Virus record (IMG/VR): IMGVR_UViG_3300033143_003083
Coordinates: 13,173-77,172 of that record
Reading direction: 5' to 3' (one strand)
DNA from: a virus
DNA length: 64,000 nucleotides
In this document: piece by piece, positions 17,959-28,139 of the stretch
How positions within the stretch are numbered: position 1 is the first letter of the stretch
Layout of the letters: each line of letters begins with the position of its first letter
Notes under the pieces: generated by a model
The model's database searches: none
Seen by the model: the letters and a program-made list of their open reading frames with translations, nothing else
Told to the model about the DNA's origin: nothing
Translations under genes and position numbers: made by a program

Positions 17959-18363
17959 TTAGAATTCAATTCCAGCAGTAAGATCACTGTCTTCAATCAT
18001 TTTTGCAATCTCAACTTCAGCAAACGCTTCATCAAGTTGCCTGATAAGACGAATTGCAGGATCTTTTGATGATTCATCCCTGCCAGCAATCATTTTGGTG
18101 ATTGACATGACGTTTTCAACAAGGGTTTGTTCACGGTCAAATCTGCCAGTGTATATTTCACCATTTGCCATACGCTTATCAGTAATTTCTCTGGCGGTCT
18201 TACGGCAGAAGTTATCTTCGTCTGAGCAGATAGCACAAGAGAAAGTGATAACGTTGTTATCCTGATTCACATCAATTTTCAGTGCAATTTTTTTGACGTA
18301 GTGATACTTAGGTTTGTAATATCGGTAGTCGATAAAACCTTTTTCAGTGTCTTCATATGCCAT
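17959..18363 (-). CDS. Hypothetical phage protein
   Basis: AGGAG RBS; AICSDEDNFCRKTAR motif. Confidence 0.65.
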   Translation of the reverse strand: MAYEDTEKGFIDYRYYKPKYHYVKKIALKIDVNQDNNVITFSCAICSDEDNFCRKTAREITDKRMANGEIYTGRFDREQTLVENVMSITKMIAGRDESSKDPAIRLIRQLDEAFAEVEIAKMIEDSDLTAGIEF

Positions 18364-18400
18364 TAGAATGTCTCCTTTTAAACGTTCTAACTAAGTTAAA

Positions 18401-18628
18401 TTACTTTTTATCTTCGTCTTCAACTTCTTCGTCTTCTTCGTCTTTTTCCATATCAGACTTGTCAGATTTCTTTTTCTTTTTGTCTTTGCAATCACAGTTT
18501 TCTTTGTCTTTGCAATCACAATCAGACTCAGTTTTTTCATCAGATTCATCTTTTTCCATTTCTTTTTCAGATGCGTCCATTTCTGCCAATCTACTCATTT
18601 CTTCTTCTACTAATTGTTCAAAATTCAT
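18401..18628 (-). CDS. Highly charged late protein, possibly prohead core/internal (gp67-like)
   Basis: MNFEQLVEE leader, D/E/K-rich, TAAATA at 18653-18658. Confidence 0.5.
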   Translation of the reverse strand: MNFEQLVEEEMSRLAEMDASEKEMEKDESDEKTESDCDCKDKENCDCKDKKKKKSDKSDMEKDEEDEEVEDEDKK

Positions 18629-18642
18629 TTCAATACCCTCGG

Positions 18643-19041
18643 TTATACAGAGTATTTATGGTATTGTATTGATTGCTTGATGTACAGGATTTCAGAATAG
18701 TCAACATACCGCAAAGATTGGTTGTATTTCGCACCAAACTCAACGTCATTAAGTGTTTCGTTGTCTGATGATTCGATTATTGTTCGGTAATTCACAATAC
18801 GACCACCACCATCCAGCTTAACTTTTAATTTTACCCCACCAAACTTGTAGACTTCTCCATTTTTGAACACAACTTCATAACTATGATATGGTTCATCAAG
18901 AATATCACTGACAGCAGGACGTTTCGCCACCCCAGCATTGTATCCTTGGACTTCTGCTATTTTTTTGGTGGCATAGTATGTCACAATTAAGAATGCTATG
19001 AATGCACCTGTACCAATGATCATGATTGGGGTATATTCCAT
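18643..19041 (-). CDS. Membrane-anchored hypothetical protein
   Basis: N-terminal TM helix. Confidence 0.6.
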   Translation of the reverse strand: MEYTPIMIIGTGAFIAFLIVTYYATKKIAEVQGYNAGVAKRPAVSDILDEPYHSYEVVFKNGEVYKFGGVKLKVKLDGGGRIVNYRTIIESSDNETLNDVEFGAKYNQSLRYVDYSEILYIKQSIQYHKYSV

Positions 19042-19244
19042 TATGCCTCCAAATACTTAATAAACGCCATTGCCGCTAATACAACCATACCAACAGAACC
19101 AACAAGAATCATGGTGGTAACTATGCTGGTTTTGATGGCAACCCCAATAATAAACAGATCTAAAAAGATACTGAATGCTGCAATCTTTGGATTGGCAATC
19201 GCATACGCTTTAATTTTGCCCCACATCATAGGTCTATCAACCAT
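19041..19244 (-). CDS. Small membrane protein
   Basis: Two TM segments. Confidence 0.6.
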   Translation of the reverse strand: MVDRPMMWGKIKAYAIANPKIAAFSIFLDLFIIGVAIKTSIVTTMILVGSVGMVVLAAMAFIKYLEA

Positions 19245-19385
19245 TTAACGAAGACCACACATAATCCAACTACACCAGTAATAATCATGGTTGATAATAT
19301 GCCTATTTTAAACAGCAGACCAAAAAAAACCATACCACCTGATACTGCTGCTACTGCTAACATTGGATTTTCACCAGCGTACTTC

Positions 19386-19583
19386 TTAATTTTTTCCCAC
19401 ATTTTTATTTTCCTCTATTAAATCATCAATAATTTTTTCAACACTTAGTTTACCATTGCCACCCTGACACCAACAAGTAGTGCAGGTGAATTGGTCATCG
19501 TAAATACATCCACAATCAGGACAATCAACAGTGACCCCATCAAAGCAATCTTCTTCTTTTAACCTGTCGATTAATGAACCCAT
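19386..19583 (-). CDS. Small Zn-ribbon protein
   Basis: CPDC...CTTC. Confidence 0.6.
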   Translation of the reverse strand: MGSLIDRLKEEDCFDGVTVDCPDCGCIYDDQFTCTTCWCQGGNGKLSVEKIIDDLIEENKNVGKN

Positions 19584-20042
19584 TTACCTTTCCTCACAAC
19601 TTGGATGACCATATCGACTAAAGAATCTTAATGGTCGCATAAATTTACCTTTGACAAAAAATCCCCAGTTCTGAATCTTCCGTCCACAGAACAAGAGTGT
19701 AATCGTACCATGCTTCGGGTTCCCCACATAATGTGTATGATCTGCCTTACGGTATCTCACTGAACCAGTTGGCAGCAGTTCACAGTGTATGCCACCGTAT
19801 TCGCCTATTGATGCCACATCAGTGTAACCACCCCACAAAACGACTGTCAGGAAGTTAAACGCATGGTTGTGCATGTAACGCTTATCATCAGACCGATACC
19901 ACTGATGTATTCTTATTGAGAAGAAGTAAAAGTTAAATACCCATCTTCTCATATAGGGACATTCTTTATTCCCTAACTTTTCATTCCATCTGATACCAAA
20001 TGGCTTGATTCGTTTCTTGTCTGTATCAGCAGGATTAGACAT
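19584..20042 (-). CDS. Cupin-like protein
   Basis: IH...SDD.R..HNH.FNF...L.GGY...H...WGF. Confidence 0.6.
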   Translation of the reverse strand: MSNPADTDKKRIKPFGIRWNEKLGNKECPYMRRWVFNFYFFSIRIHQWYRSDDKRYMHNHAFNFLTVVLWGGYTDVASIGEYGGIHCELLPTGSVRYRKADHTHYVGNPKHGTITLLFCGRKIQNWGFFVKGKFMRPLRFFSRYGHPSCEER

Positions 20043-20045
20043 GAT

Positions 20046-20189
20046 TTATTTCTTACGTTTCTTAAAATACAGACCAGTAAGATAACCAGCAATGCCGATC
20101 ACTATCATCAACACAACAAACAAATCTGTTGCCATACTGAAATCAATACCGAAAATTGTTTTACCTATTTCTGTTTTACTTTCCATCAT
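20046..20189 (-). CDS. Small membrane protein
   Basis: GAGG RBS, one TM, basic tail; start trimmed out of tRNA-like element. Confidence 0.55.
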   Translation of the reverse strand: MMESKTEIGKTIFGIDFSMATDLFVVLMIVIGIAGYLTGLYFKKRKK

Positions 20190-20206
20190 ACTTTCCTCTT
20201 TAAATT

Positions 20207-20331
20207 TGGTCGCGGGGGGTCGCATCGAACAACCAACCTTCCTCATGTTAAACTCAGGTACACGTCTGCACTAACAGTACTAGCAACCGTCTGAGTCCTC
20301 AAGGACGCTCTGCCAATTGAGCTACCCCGCG
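20207..20331 (-). ncRNA. tRNA-like RNA with 49-nt structured insert in anticodon arm
   Basis: Acceptor CGCGGGG/CCCCGCG-A-CCA, D arm GCTC/GAGC, T arm GGTTG-TTCGATG-CGACC; anticodon stem TCCTT/GAGGA closes 56 nt. Confidence 0.8.
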
Positions 20332-20350
20332 TTATCAATAGTGTAACACA

Positions 20351-20725
20351 TCAATCAGAATTTTGCCACATCATCATATCACGTATAACCGTAATGTTGT
20401 TTGGATTATGTCGGTAATCTTCAGGATGCATAATGAAATACAACCATGCAGGTTCATCTACATCAACCAATGAAATTTCTTTACGTTCATAGAAACTACC
20501 ATTACTTTCAATCAAATCAAGTGTGGCTAATACATTATCATTAACTTCATATACTTCACCAAAGATATGTCCGGTGTCTATAGATTCAACCACAGCAGGA
20601 AAAGCACCCAATGAAAACATATGATACTTTTCTCTGGTGATAGTTTTTACAATCAGCTTACTATCATACAAATGATGATGATTAGGAAATCCCTTCATCA
20701 AAGAACCATATACAAAAATTTTCAT
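20351..20725 (-). CDS. Gamma-glutamylcyclotransferase (AIG2-like)
   Basis: IFVYGSL..GF.NH...GEVYEV...LD.IE...YER. Confidence 0.88.
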   Translation of the reverse strand: MKIFVYGSLMKGFPNHHHLYDSKLIVKTITREKYHMFSLGAFPAVVESIDTGHIFGEVYEVNDNVLATLDLIESNGSFYERKEISLVDVDEPAWLYFIMHPEDYRHNPNNITVIRDMMMWQNSD

Positions 20726-20726
20726 A

Positions 20727-21119
20727 TCATAACTCCACGAATGCTTGGTATTCTTCACTGAAGAAGTGTTGATGGTTTCTTACAATAACAGATCCAAGAC
20801 TGTACAAGTTAATCAGAAATTCAGTCATATCATCTTCTTTCAATCTACTCTGTGAATAACCTATTCTTTGATTAAATTCTATGCTATGACCAAAACGAGT
20901 TTTTATATAATTAGCTAAACAGAATTCTGATAACTCTTTAAACAGGGGTCTGTTATCAGCATATGTAATAGTCTGTGATATCACCACATACATTAAAGTT
21001 CTGAAACCATAATCATCACTATAACTTAAACGCTTGTGAAGTTTTTCAAACAAATCTTTGCTGCCATGCTTATCAGCCAGAACAATTATTTGTTTGATTT
21101 CTAATTCAATGAATGGCAT
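20727..21119 (-). CDS. Hypothetical protein, ends FVEL
   Basis: ORF, coupled. Confidence 0.6.
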   Translation of the reverse strand: MPFIELEIKQIIVLADKHGSKDLFEKLHKRLSYSDDYGFRTLMYVVISQTITYADNRPLFKELSEFCLANYIKTRFGHSIEFNQRIGYSQSRLKEDDMTEFLINLYSLGSVIVRNHQHFFSEEYQAFVEL

Positions 21120-21733
21120 TAAAGAAGTACCCAATCAAAGGTTGGGAATATACATTTACTATTCCATACAAGTACATCCCACATATGACATTGTGGTTCA
21201 TATAACCCATGTGCATAATCACTGCGTGAATCAGAAGAATCATATCCACCACTCACATATATTTCGTCAATGTTATAACCTGCTTTTAAATTTGTTTCAA
21301 TGATGCTGAGTAAATCAGATTTCGTTCCTTCCCAATTTGTCTCACCACAACGTTCACCCTCAAACATAAAGATCACTTCAGTTTCGCGTCTGAAAATAAA
21401 GCTGCTGATAGTTTCGAATGCACGTTCTTTTTTTATCTTATCGTTTAATTCTTTCATTGTGTTGTAGAACGGAAGGAAAGGTTTTTTGTTACCAAGTTGA
21501 ACCACCTGAACATTAACAACAGCCTGTCCGGTAAATCCTTTCCAATGTGCAATAAGACGTTCGCGGGGGGTGTCAGTAGGATTACCTATCAGTTTATGAG
21601 TTGATCCAGTTTCCTGATCGGACAACACATATTCAACCACACGTTTGTTGTCTTCAACTACTGCAACAAGAATAGAACTTCCTTCTTGTGCTAATACTTG
21701 AGTATCAAGCACACGTGAGTTCAAAGTCTTCAT
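21119..21733 (-). CDS. Hypothetical early protein, ends WVLL
   Basis: 204 aa ORF. Confidence 0.65.
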   Translation of the reverse strand: MKTLNSRVLDTQVLAQEGSSILVAVVEDNKRVVEYVLSDQETGSTHKLIGNPTDTPRERLIAHWKGFTGQAVVNVQVVQLGNKKPFLPFYNTMKELNDKIKKERAFETISSFIFRRETEVIFMFEGERCGETNWEGTKSDLLSIIETNLKAGYNIDEIYVSGGYDSSDSRSDYAHGLYEPQCHMWDVLVWNSKCIFPTFDWVLL

Positions 21734-22110
21734 AATGCATTCCTCGCAACAATGTCATCTTTGATCATTTGAATTTGACCTGCTTTAGTGGCAGGATATC
21801 CACGTGTCTTCATTTCGCGTTTGATTAATGCAGAAGGATGAAACCAACCTTTAGATTCCATAGCAGCTAATGGAGAAGATTCTTTTTCTAACTTGAAGTA
21901 TTCTTCTTGAGTGAAATTTTTAACCATGAAGTTAACCCAAGTCTTCCAAGGTTTACTACCATACTTAAAACGTGCTATGAATTTCATATCAGTATTTGAA
22001 AGGTAACGGTATCCAGACTCAGATTCAGTGAACCCGTTTGGTTGATACATCAGATACATACCATCCCAATTGAAGTGTTCTTTTACAAAAGATGTTGCTT
22101 GGTTTTCCAT
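21730..22110 (-). CDS. Hypothetical early protein
   Basis: First ORF after promoter 22134-22162. Confidence 0.7.
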   Translation of the reverse strand: MENQATSFVKEHFNWDGMYLMYQPNGFTESESGYRYLSNTDMKFIARFKYGSKPWKTWVNFMVKNFTQEEYFKLEKESSPLAAMESKGWFHPSALIKREMKTRGYPATKAGQIQMIKDDIVARNAL

Positions 22111-22133
22111 GACTTTTCCCCTAAGTTTTCAGT

Positions 22134-22162
22134 ATTATAGATTGAAAACTTAGGGATGTCAA
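22134..22162 (-). promoter_or_regulatory. Sigma70-consensus early promoter inside a 13-bp inverted repeat
   Basis: TTGACA-TCCCTAAGTTTTCAATC(17)-TATAAT; arms 22119-22131 and 22143-22155. Confidence 0.9.
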
Positions 22163-22171
22163 GTTATCAAT

Positions 22172-22414
22172 CTATTTCTTTGGATAGCAAGCCACACCAC
22201 TACTTTTAGTACCTGCGACAAATACACATGTGATGTTTTTGTTGTCTTTTGGTGTCCATTCGTAGACACGTGGACTGTTGCCACTGGTGTTCAACTTATA
22301 TTCGTGTTTTGGTTCAACTGACTCTTTACCCATTCCAGATAAAGTGTTCCAACCAAGTGCTGATGCGCTTAAGGGTAGCATCATTATTGCCCCAATTACT
22401 AATAACTTTTTCAT
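22172..22414 (-). CDS. Small secreted protein
   Basis: Signal peptide ending ASA; two Cys. Confidence 0.65.
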   Translation of the reverse strand: MKKLLVIGAIMMLPLSASALGWNTLSGMGKESVEPKHEYKLNTSGNSPRVYEWTPKDNKNITCVFVAGTKSSGVACYPKK

Positions 22415-23133
22415 TACTTAAACTCCTTATAACTATCTTTAAGAACTTTCCACGAGGTAGGCCATATCTCACTGAGCATTTCGTCAATGGCATTAGCATA
22501 CACCCGTATTTCGTATTGTGCGTCCTGAGACTCCCTGAGAACCCAGAATCCGAACCAATTGCGTAATGATGCAGTTGCATACATTTCAGAGTAATTGCCC
22601 ACAGGGATTACTACACGAGCCTGTTCACGACACACTCCCAGCGATTGCAGGTCATGATATGATTTCAGTGCATGTTCATATGCAGATTTAAGACATGCAT
22701 TTGCTTTCCACTTAAGATGTTCTTCTATATTACCGGAACTTGATTGCTTGTCTCTGGATGCCTGTTGTCTCCATTCTTCCGGTACAAAAAATTTACCTAC
22801 AGGATCATCAGTGTATCGCATACTCATTTCATTGTATGCTTGTGTACGGTGTCTATGCCATTCTCTGAATACGAATAGTGGAGCAACAACCCTGAAGGTT
22901 GCCGATTGATGTTCGAATGGGGTCATGTGTCGATGGTCTGCTAAGAAACGCATCAGCTTTGTGTCAGCAGATTCCGTATCACCTGTCTTACCGGATTGTG
23001 CATGACTTACTCTGGCAGCAAGTGCTGGCATTTGATCTGCTGAAAACTTCTCACTGTGTACTTGTGTACTGGCAATTAGTTCAATTACTGAATATGGATC
23101 TTGTTCTCCATATGGTTTTAAAATTTTACTCAC
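22414..23133 (-). CDS. thyX: FAD-dependent thymidylate synthase
   Basis: H.TPFEH, RHRTQAYNEMSMRY ThyX motif, AQYEIR. Confidence 0.95.
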   Translation of the reverse strand: MSKILKPYGEQDPYSVIELIASTQVHSEKFSADQMPALAARVSHAQSGKTGDTESADTKLMRFLADHRHMTPFEHQSATFRVVAPLFVFREWHRHRTQAYNEMSMRYTDDPVGKFFVPEEWRQQASRDKQSSSGNIEEHLKWKANACLKSAYEHALKSYHDLQSLGVCREQARVVIPVGNYSEMYATASLRNWFGFWVLRESQDAQYEIRVYANAIDEMLSEIWPTSWKVLKDSYKEFK

Positions 23134-23210
23134 TTAGTATATCTCCTTAAAAAATCGTTCTACCACCATAAAAAGCATGATAGAACTATTCATTAACCGT
23201 CAGCTTTATT

Positions 23211-23468
23211 CTAGTCTGACCGTTCAATCATCCATACACGATAACCACCATCAAGTGTTCGTGTTGCTATGGTATGTTTTTTTGTTGCGGCATATGCTAA
23301 TAGACCTGCACGATAAGCAGTGGTGTCTGCTCGATTGCCATTATTAACCTTAATAAAAAATGAGTCTCCATTTTTCATATCATCAATAATACCATAACGA
23401 TCTTTTGCTATGGTTTTTCTTGGTGGCATTGCCACGTTTTGCTCTAGCTGTATTTGCTCTTGGTACAT
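23211..23468 (-). CDS. Small probable DNA-binding protein
   Basis: MK.GDSFFI...YRVW. Confidence 0.5.
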   Translation of the reverse strand: MYQEQIQLEQNVAMPPRKTIAKDRYGIIDDMKNGDSFFIKVNNGNRADTTAYRAGLLAYAATKKHTIATRTLDGGYRVWMIERSD

Positions 23469-23498
23469 TTTACTACTCTCCTTTGTTAAAAATTTTAT

Positions 23499-23972
23499 TT
23501 AGTGTATCTCTTTACCCGTAGTATAAAACACATTTTTCATTTCATCAACCATCATTGACATGGAACGAGTCATATCATCATACACCAATTCATCAACAAA
23601 ATAAACATCATCTTTCGCCACTTCAAAATATATATCATATGGTACATCAATGTATATGATTTCTTGGAAGAAATCTGGATCATGATGGAGTACATCATTC
23701 CATAATGAGAAATCATTGTGTAGTCCATATAACATGGGGTTAATGAATGTACCCCCCTTCCTTATCATGGTGTATTGATGTGTTGACACCCCATTGAAAA
23801 ATTCTTCGTTGAGTGATTCAGGATCATTCTTTAATATCTCTGGTATAACAATATCTCCAAAAAATTCCCAACTCTTATGACCAACTTTGGCATTGATAAA
23901 CTTCTTCATAATTGGTTTATCTAAATGGTGTGCAATGTGACTGTTAACATATATCAAAATTTTAGGTTTCAT
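23499..23972 (-). CDS. Hypothetical protein
   Basis: ORF coupled to helicase. Confidence 0.6.
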   Translation of the reverse strand: MKPKILIYVNSHIAHHLDKPIMKKFINAKVGHKSWEFFGDIVIPEILKNDPESLNEEFFNGVSTHQYTMIRKGGTFINPMLYGLHNDFSLWNDVLHHDPDFFQEIIYIDVPYDIYFEVAKDDVYFVDELVYDDMTRSMSMMVDEMKNVFYTTGKEIH

Positions 23973-25282
23973 TTTTTCTTCTTTTTATCGAGTATATCTT
24001 TAAGTTTCTCACTGCTTCCACTTTTGCTAACTGGATTAGTTTTACTTAATTTCTTGTGTCCATGTAACTCACTTATCTTAAGTGTTTTACTGTCCCAATG
24101 CAACACAACAGGTTTAGTTGAAAATTCACTGTTACGCATCTTCAATGCCTGAAGATGTATTTCGTTATTATCAATCTGTTCTTCATTACGGATGATTGCC
24201 CAGACAACATCACTTACATTAATCTTTGATAGACCCCCTGCAATATGTGCATGACTCTTATGCTCTGTGTCAACGGAATCCCTGTTCAACTGACTTGCGC
24301 TAAACAAGAAAGCATTATAATCAACACCAATCTCTCTGAGTTCTTCGGTCTTTGCATCATCAACATCAAACGCATTACCGTTAACCTTTTCGTTAGTACC
24401 CATCCTATCAAGATAATCAACACAAATGAAATCAGGTTTGTAACCAAATTGTATTTCGTATTCTGTTAGGTATGCTCTGATGTCATTCGAATTACTTTTA
24501 ACTGGCATCTTCTTAACATACAACTCACCATATGTTGTTTCTTTGGTTGATAATATTTTAACGATGTCATCTATGGAATCATATACTTCTTTGGTGTTGA
24601 CACCTGTTATGATGGAGTCCATACGTTTTGAGATCAGATCATCACCTAACTCCAATGATATAACAATACCATTTTTACCTACTTCTAACATGTTCTGTGC
24701 AACGTTCGCAAGCATAACAGACTTACCTGAACCGGATGCACCTGCAAACAACACAAGTTCACCACGTCTACATCCTTCAGTTATCATATCAATACTTGGA
24801 TAACCGATGGGTGTGGTATCAACATGTAATTGCATCTGCATCAGACGCATTGCAGGATCACCAAAATAATTGATACCCATATCCTTATCAATGGATATCA
24901 TCAATGCATCACGTACCAAATTATTAATCTTACCAAAGTCAGAACTATCTTCATTTTCACTGATGATATCTGACCCTTTGATTATTGCCATTCGCATAGC
25001 AGAAATCTGACAATGACTTTCAATTTCGTCAGTGATGTAATCCATTTCTGCACTGGTCAGTTCATGTTCGTCAATTTTAAATTCTGTTTCGGCATATACA
25101 ATCTTAGCATCAGGTAAATCGTGATACTTGTGTACATAGTCCAAAGTAAATTTTATAACTGAATCAAGTGGTGTATCAAAGTACTCAGGCTTTAAAATAC
25201 TACCACATTTGATGAAAAGTTCTTTACTGCATAATAGAAGTTCGACTAATAATTTTTCTTTTGCGTCTACTGTTTCTGACAA
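23969..25282 (-). CDS. Replicative DnaB-like helicase (T4 gp41-like)
   Basis: GASGSGKS Walker A, SLEL, CVDYLD, SASQLNR, KMRN. Confidence 0.92.
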   Translation of the reverse strand: MSETVDAKEKLLVELLLCSKELFIKCGSILKPEYFDTPLDSVIKFTLDYVHKYHDLPDAKIVYAETEFKIDEHELTSAEMDYITDEIESHCQISAMRMAIIKGSDIISENEDSSDFGKINNLVRDALMISIDKDMGINYFGDPAMRLMQMQLHVDTTPIGYPSIDMITEGCRRGELVLFAGASGSGKSVMLANVAQNMLEVGKNGIVISLELGDDLISKRMDSIITGVNTKEVYDSIDDIVKILSTKETTYGELYVKKMPVKSNSNDIRAYLTEYEIQFGYKPDFICVDYLDRMGTNEKVNGNAFDVDDAKTEELREIGVDYNAFLFSASQLNRDSVDTEHKSHAHIAGGLSKINVSDVVWAIIRNEEQIDNNEIHLQALKMRNSEFSTKPVVLHWDSKTLKISELHGHKKLSKTNPVSKSGSSEKLKDILDKKKKK

Positions 25283-25292
25283 CCTTAACCCC

Positions 25293-25538
25293 TTATAATA
25301 ATAATTTGAATCTTACATAATCTGTGTGTTCACTGATAGTTCGATGTGCATACATTCTCAATACATGTTTTGACAATTTACCACTGGTTGAACCATAATG
25401 TTCCAACGTATTTATATAGTAACGAGTTTTCATTTCATCTTCGAAGAACTTAACACATCTGTATTGTTCATCCCTAACGACATCAATGAACTCTGGATAG
25501 TCTCTATCTATAAAACGTTTTAATTTTTCTACTCTCAT
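25293..25538 (-). CDS. Divergent family A protein, ends FKLLL
   Basis: RDYPEF... pattern. Confidence 0.6.
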   Translation of the reverse strand: MRVEKLKRFIDRDYPEFIDVVRDEQYRCVKFFEDEMKTRYYINTLEHYGSTSGKLSKHVLRMYAHRTISEHTDYVRFKLLL

Positions 25539-25807
25539 AATAACCAAAACTCCAACATGATTCCACCATTCTTTTGTATGTGCTTAAGTAACTCATTTAA
25601 AAATCCAAAATATGTATCATCATTCATAGATATTATATATTGGTTTGTGATTGGCGTATCAGAACGAAACCCGACTACTGTTGATAAATCAACAAGACTA
25701 ACATTATGTTCCATATACATGTTATGGCTACCACATCGTTCGGTTAATGATGGGTACTCCCTGTACAACCTATCATTAAACTCCATCTTGGATTCAATTC
25801 GTTCCAT
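25535..25807 (-). CDS. Divergent family A protein, ends FWLL
   Basis: REYPSL...HIQKN...EFWLL. Confidence 0.65.
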   Translation of the reverse strand: MERIESKMEFNDRLYREYPSLTERCGSHNMYMEHNVSLVDLSTVVGFRSDTPITNQYIISMNDDTYFGFLNELLKHIQKNGGIMLEFWLL

Positions 25808-26079
25808 TATAATAACCAAAAATCTATCATATCTTCGTGTTCTTCTATATATGCGATCACACTCTTAAACCACTCAGAGGTTTCTTCGTCTGTGCGGGAT
25901 AATATTTCTGTTGCAGTGACAGGAGGGAAATTGATAAATTTTAAGAACGAATATGTATACAATGCTCTGTATGTTACCCCCTTGTATACTTCACTGTTAG
26001 TAAAAATTTGAGCATCATATAAACGTTTCCACCTGCGCTCTATGGTTCTATTAAATTCAAATCCATCCATTTTGCCCAT
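25807..26079 (-). CDS. Divergent family A protein, ends FWLL
   Basis: YIEEHEDMIDFWLL. Confidence 0.65.
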   Translation of the reverse strand: MGKMDGFEFNRTIERRWKRLYDAQIFTNSEVYKGVTYRALYTYSFLKFINFPPVTATEILSRTDEETSEWFKSVIAYIEEHEDMIDFWLL

Positions 26080-26912
26080 CAGAAGTTAGTCAATAATACT
26101 TCCGTAACAGGGTAACGATTCTTTTTAGTTTGCCCGACACTATACCTGTGTTCTTTTGTGTGCATGTTTAAATCACCCCACAGTGTGTTAACATACTCAT
26201 TAGTTTCACCATTCGCTTTATACCATGTCGATAACACCACACGTGCTTTTGTGTACTTTACAAATTCGTGGAGTTCACGTTCATCAGCGTCTGTCCAACT
26301 ACCATAATAACCAGACTCACGATCAATGTATGGCGGATCAAGATATATTAGGTCTGATCCATTAACATTTTCAAACGCTTCTCTATAGTCCCCAGAACGG
26401 AATCCCCACATTTTGGTGATCTCTTTTGCGTCAACTATTTTCTTAACAAGTTGTTCACGATAAGATTCAGTTAATTTATTATCATTCTTACCATAGGGTA
26501 CATTGAACTTGCCTTTCTTATTGAAACGCATCACACCATTGAAGCATGTATGATTAAGAAACAGTAATGTGTTTGGGTGGAAATTATCATTGAAATGATC
26601 TCTCATTTTATAATAGTATGCTTCACCATATCTTTGAAGTTGTTCGTCATGACTTTTTAGTGTTGCAACAATACCTTCAACGAAATAAGAATTTTCATTC
26701 ATCATTTCAAACATACGAATAACATGAGGGTTGATATCATTTACAACTGCCCACTTAGGTACAAGGTTAAGTGCAACAACACCACTACCCAAGAATGGTT
26801 CAATCCATTGTTGTACCGCAGGGTCAAATTGTGCAACTTCCTTTATCCAAGGAATAAGTTTCAGTTTACTACCCTGATACTTTAGTGGTGATCTGATTAC
26901 TTTGTCTTCCAT
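26079..26912 (-). CDS. dam: Dam-family DNA adenine methyltransferase
   Basis: LKYQGSK, EPFLGSG, FNG..RFNKKGKFNVPYG, DPPY. Confidence 0.92.
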   Translation of the reverse strand: MEDKVIRSPLKYQGSKLKLIPWIKEVAQFDPAVQQWIEPFLGSGVVALNLVPKWAVVNDINPHVIRMFEMMNENSYFVEGIVATLKSHDEQLQRYGEAYYYKMRDHFNDNFHPNTLLFLNHTCFNGVMRFNKKGKFNVPYGKNDNKLTESYREQLVKKIVDAKEITKMWGFRSGDYREAFENVNGSDLIYLDPPYIDRESGYYGSWTDADERELHEFVKYTKARVVLSTWYKANGETNEYVNTLWGDLNMHTKEHRYSVGQTKKNRYPVTEVLLTNF

Positions 26913-27826
26913 AAGTTTAACTTAACCTCTGCTTTTAACATGTTATCTTGTATGCCGTCATGAATCATCTTCATTGTAACAAATTTCCCATACGTTTGTA
27001 TAGCGGCATTCGCATCTTTAACTTTCCATTCTGGTATAGATATTCTCCATCCATACCGCTTGGCAATTTTTATAAAATCAGAATCCTTTCTGTCTGGTAG
27101 TAGTATTGGGTCATGACCTTTTAACAGGTATGCTTGCTTCTTGCTGACACTGTTACCAAGTATGGCAATGGCATCCGGTATGCTTGCCGCATCCATTATA
27201 CCTTCAACAACAATAGGGTTCTTCTTGATGTACCCATTGTGGTTATTTATGAACATAAGATCTGTGTTGTCACCACTAGTAAGATAAAATGTCTTGCCAT
27301 CAAATACACTGACCCCCTGCCACCCGATTAACTTACCATGATAGTAGAATGGAATTATCAATTTATTTTTCCATGTATCTTCTTTGCCCACATACAAATC
27401 TTGAGTGAAGGTTACATGACGGCTTTTCAGAAAATCGTCAAACCAATAATGATAATCAGGGTGATACTGAACAAAGTCGCTGGGTATTTCGATAGTGCTA
27501 TACGAATGTTTTTCATAAATGTCCTCGTTTAGTTTATCAAATATTTTTGGTTTCTTATTGTATACCTTTAATTCTATTGGGACATCAACACCCAGTACAT
27601 CCATAAGATGTCTGAAACGTTTAGGCATGTATGCATCATACTTGTATTCAGTGGATGCATCACACTTACCCCTGAAACAATTGTATGCAATACGATCAGG
27701 GAAGAACGCGAATCCACCACGTACTTTTGTGTCGTTACACACAGGGCATTTCATGGTGTGAAATCCACTGGCAGTAACCTCGTGAAAGGTCACTGAAGAT
27801 TTTATGATATCTTCTATTTCTGACAT
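26897..27826 (-). CDS. DNA primase (T4 gp61-like)
   Basis: CPVC...CF..C Zn finger, IIPFY, VVEG.MDA TOPRIM, PDR...KDAN. Confidence 0.85.
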   Translation of the reverse strand: MSEIEDIIKSSVTFHEVTASGFHTMKCPVCNDTKVRGGFAFFPDRIAYNCFRGKCDASTEYKYDAYMPKRFRHLMDVLGVDVPIELKVYNKKPKIFDKLNEDIYEKHSYSTIEIPSDFVQYHPDYHYWFDDFLKSRHVTFTQDLYVGKEDTWKNKLIIPFYYHGKLIGWQGVSVFDGKTFYLTSGDNTDLMFINNHNGYIKKNPIVVEGIMDAASIPDAIAILGNSVSKKQAYLLKGHDPILLPDRKDSDFIKIAKRYGWRISIPEWKVKDANAAIQTYGKFVTMKMIHDGIQDNMLKAEVKLNLWKTK

Positions 27827-27833
27827 GTTAATT

Positions 27834-28139
27834 CTAAAGTTGTAGAAATTTTATATAGTTTGTTATTTTGTCTGCGGTCTTTAAGTCTCGCATCTGGTTT
27901 ATAAAATTATCAGTATCGACAATTATCTCTAATACTCGGTCATCAATTTGTATGACATAATCATCATCGGTTATCCAGACAAAATCTCTGTCTGGGGACA
28001 TAGCATATTCATCAAGGAAGTATAAACGATTCCTATACGTTTTACGATCTATTTTTATCAATTTATTGGTGGAAGTATACGTCAACCTGAAACGCTGTTG
28101 TGTTGATATATCATATACATTCTCTTTGATAATTTTCAT
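27834..28139 (-). CDS. Small protein, ends FLQL
   Basis: Shares IQID motif with 28136-28456. Confidence 0.6.
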   Translation of the reverse strand: MKIIKENVYDISTQQRFRLTYTSTNKLIKIDRKTYRNRLYFLDEYAMSPDRDFVWITDDDYVIQIDDRVLEIIVDTDNFINQMRDLKTADKITNYIKFLQL

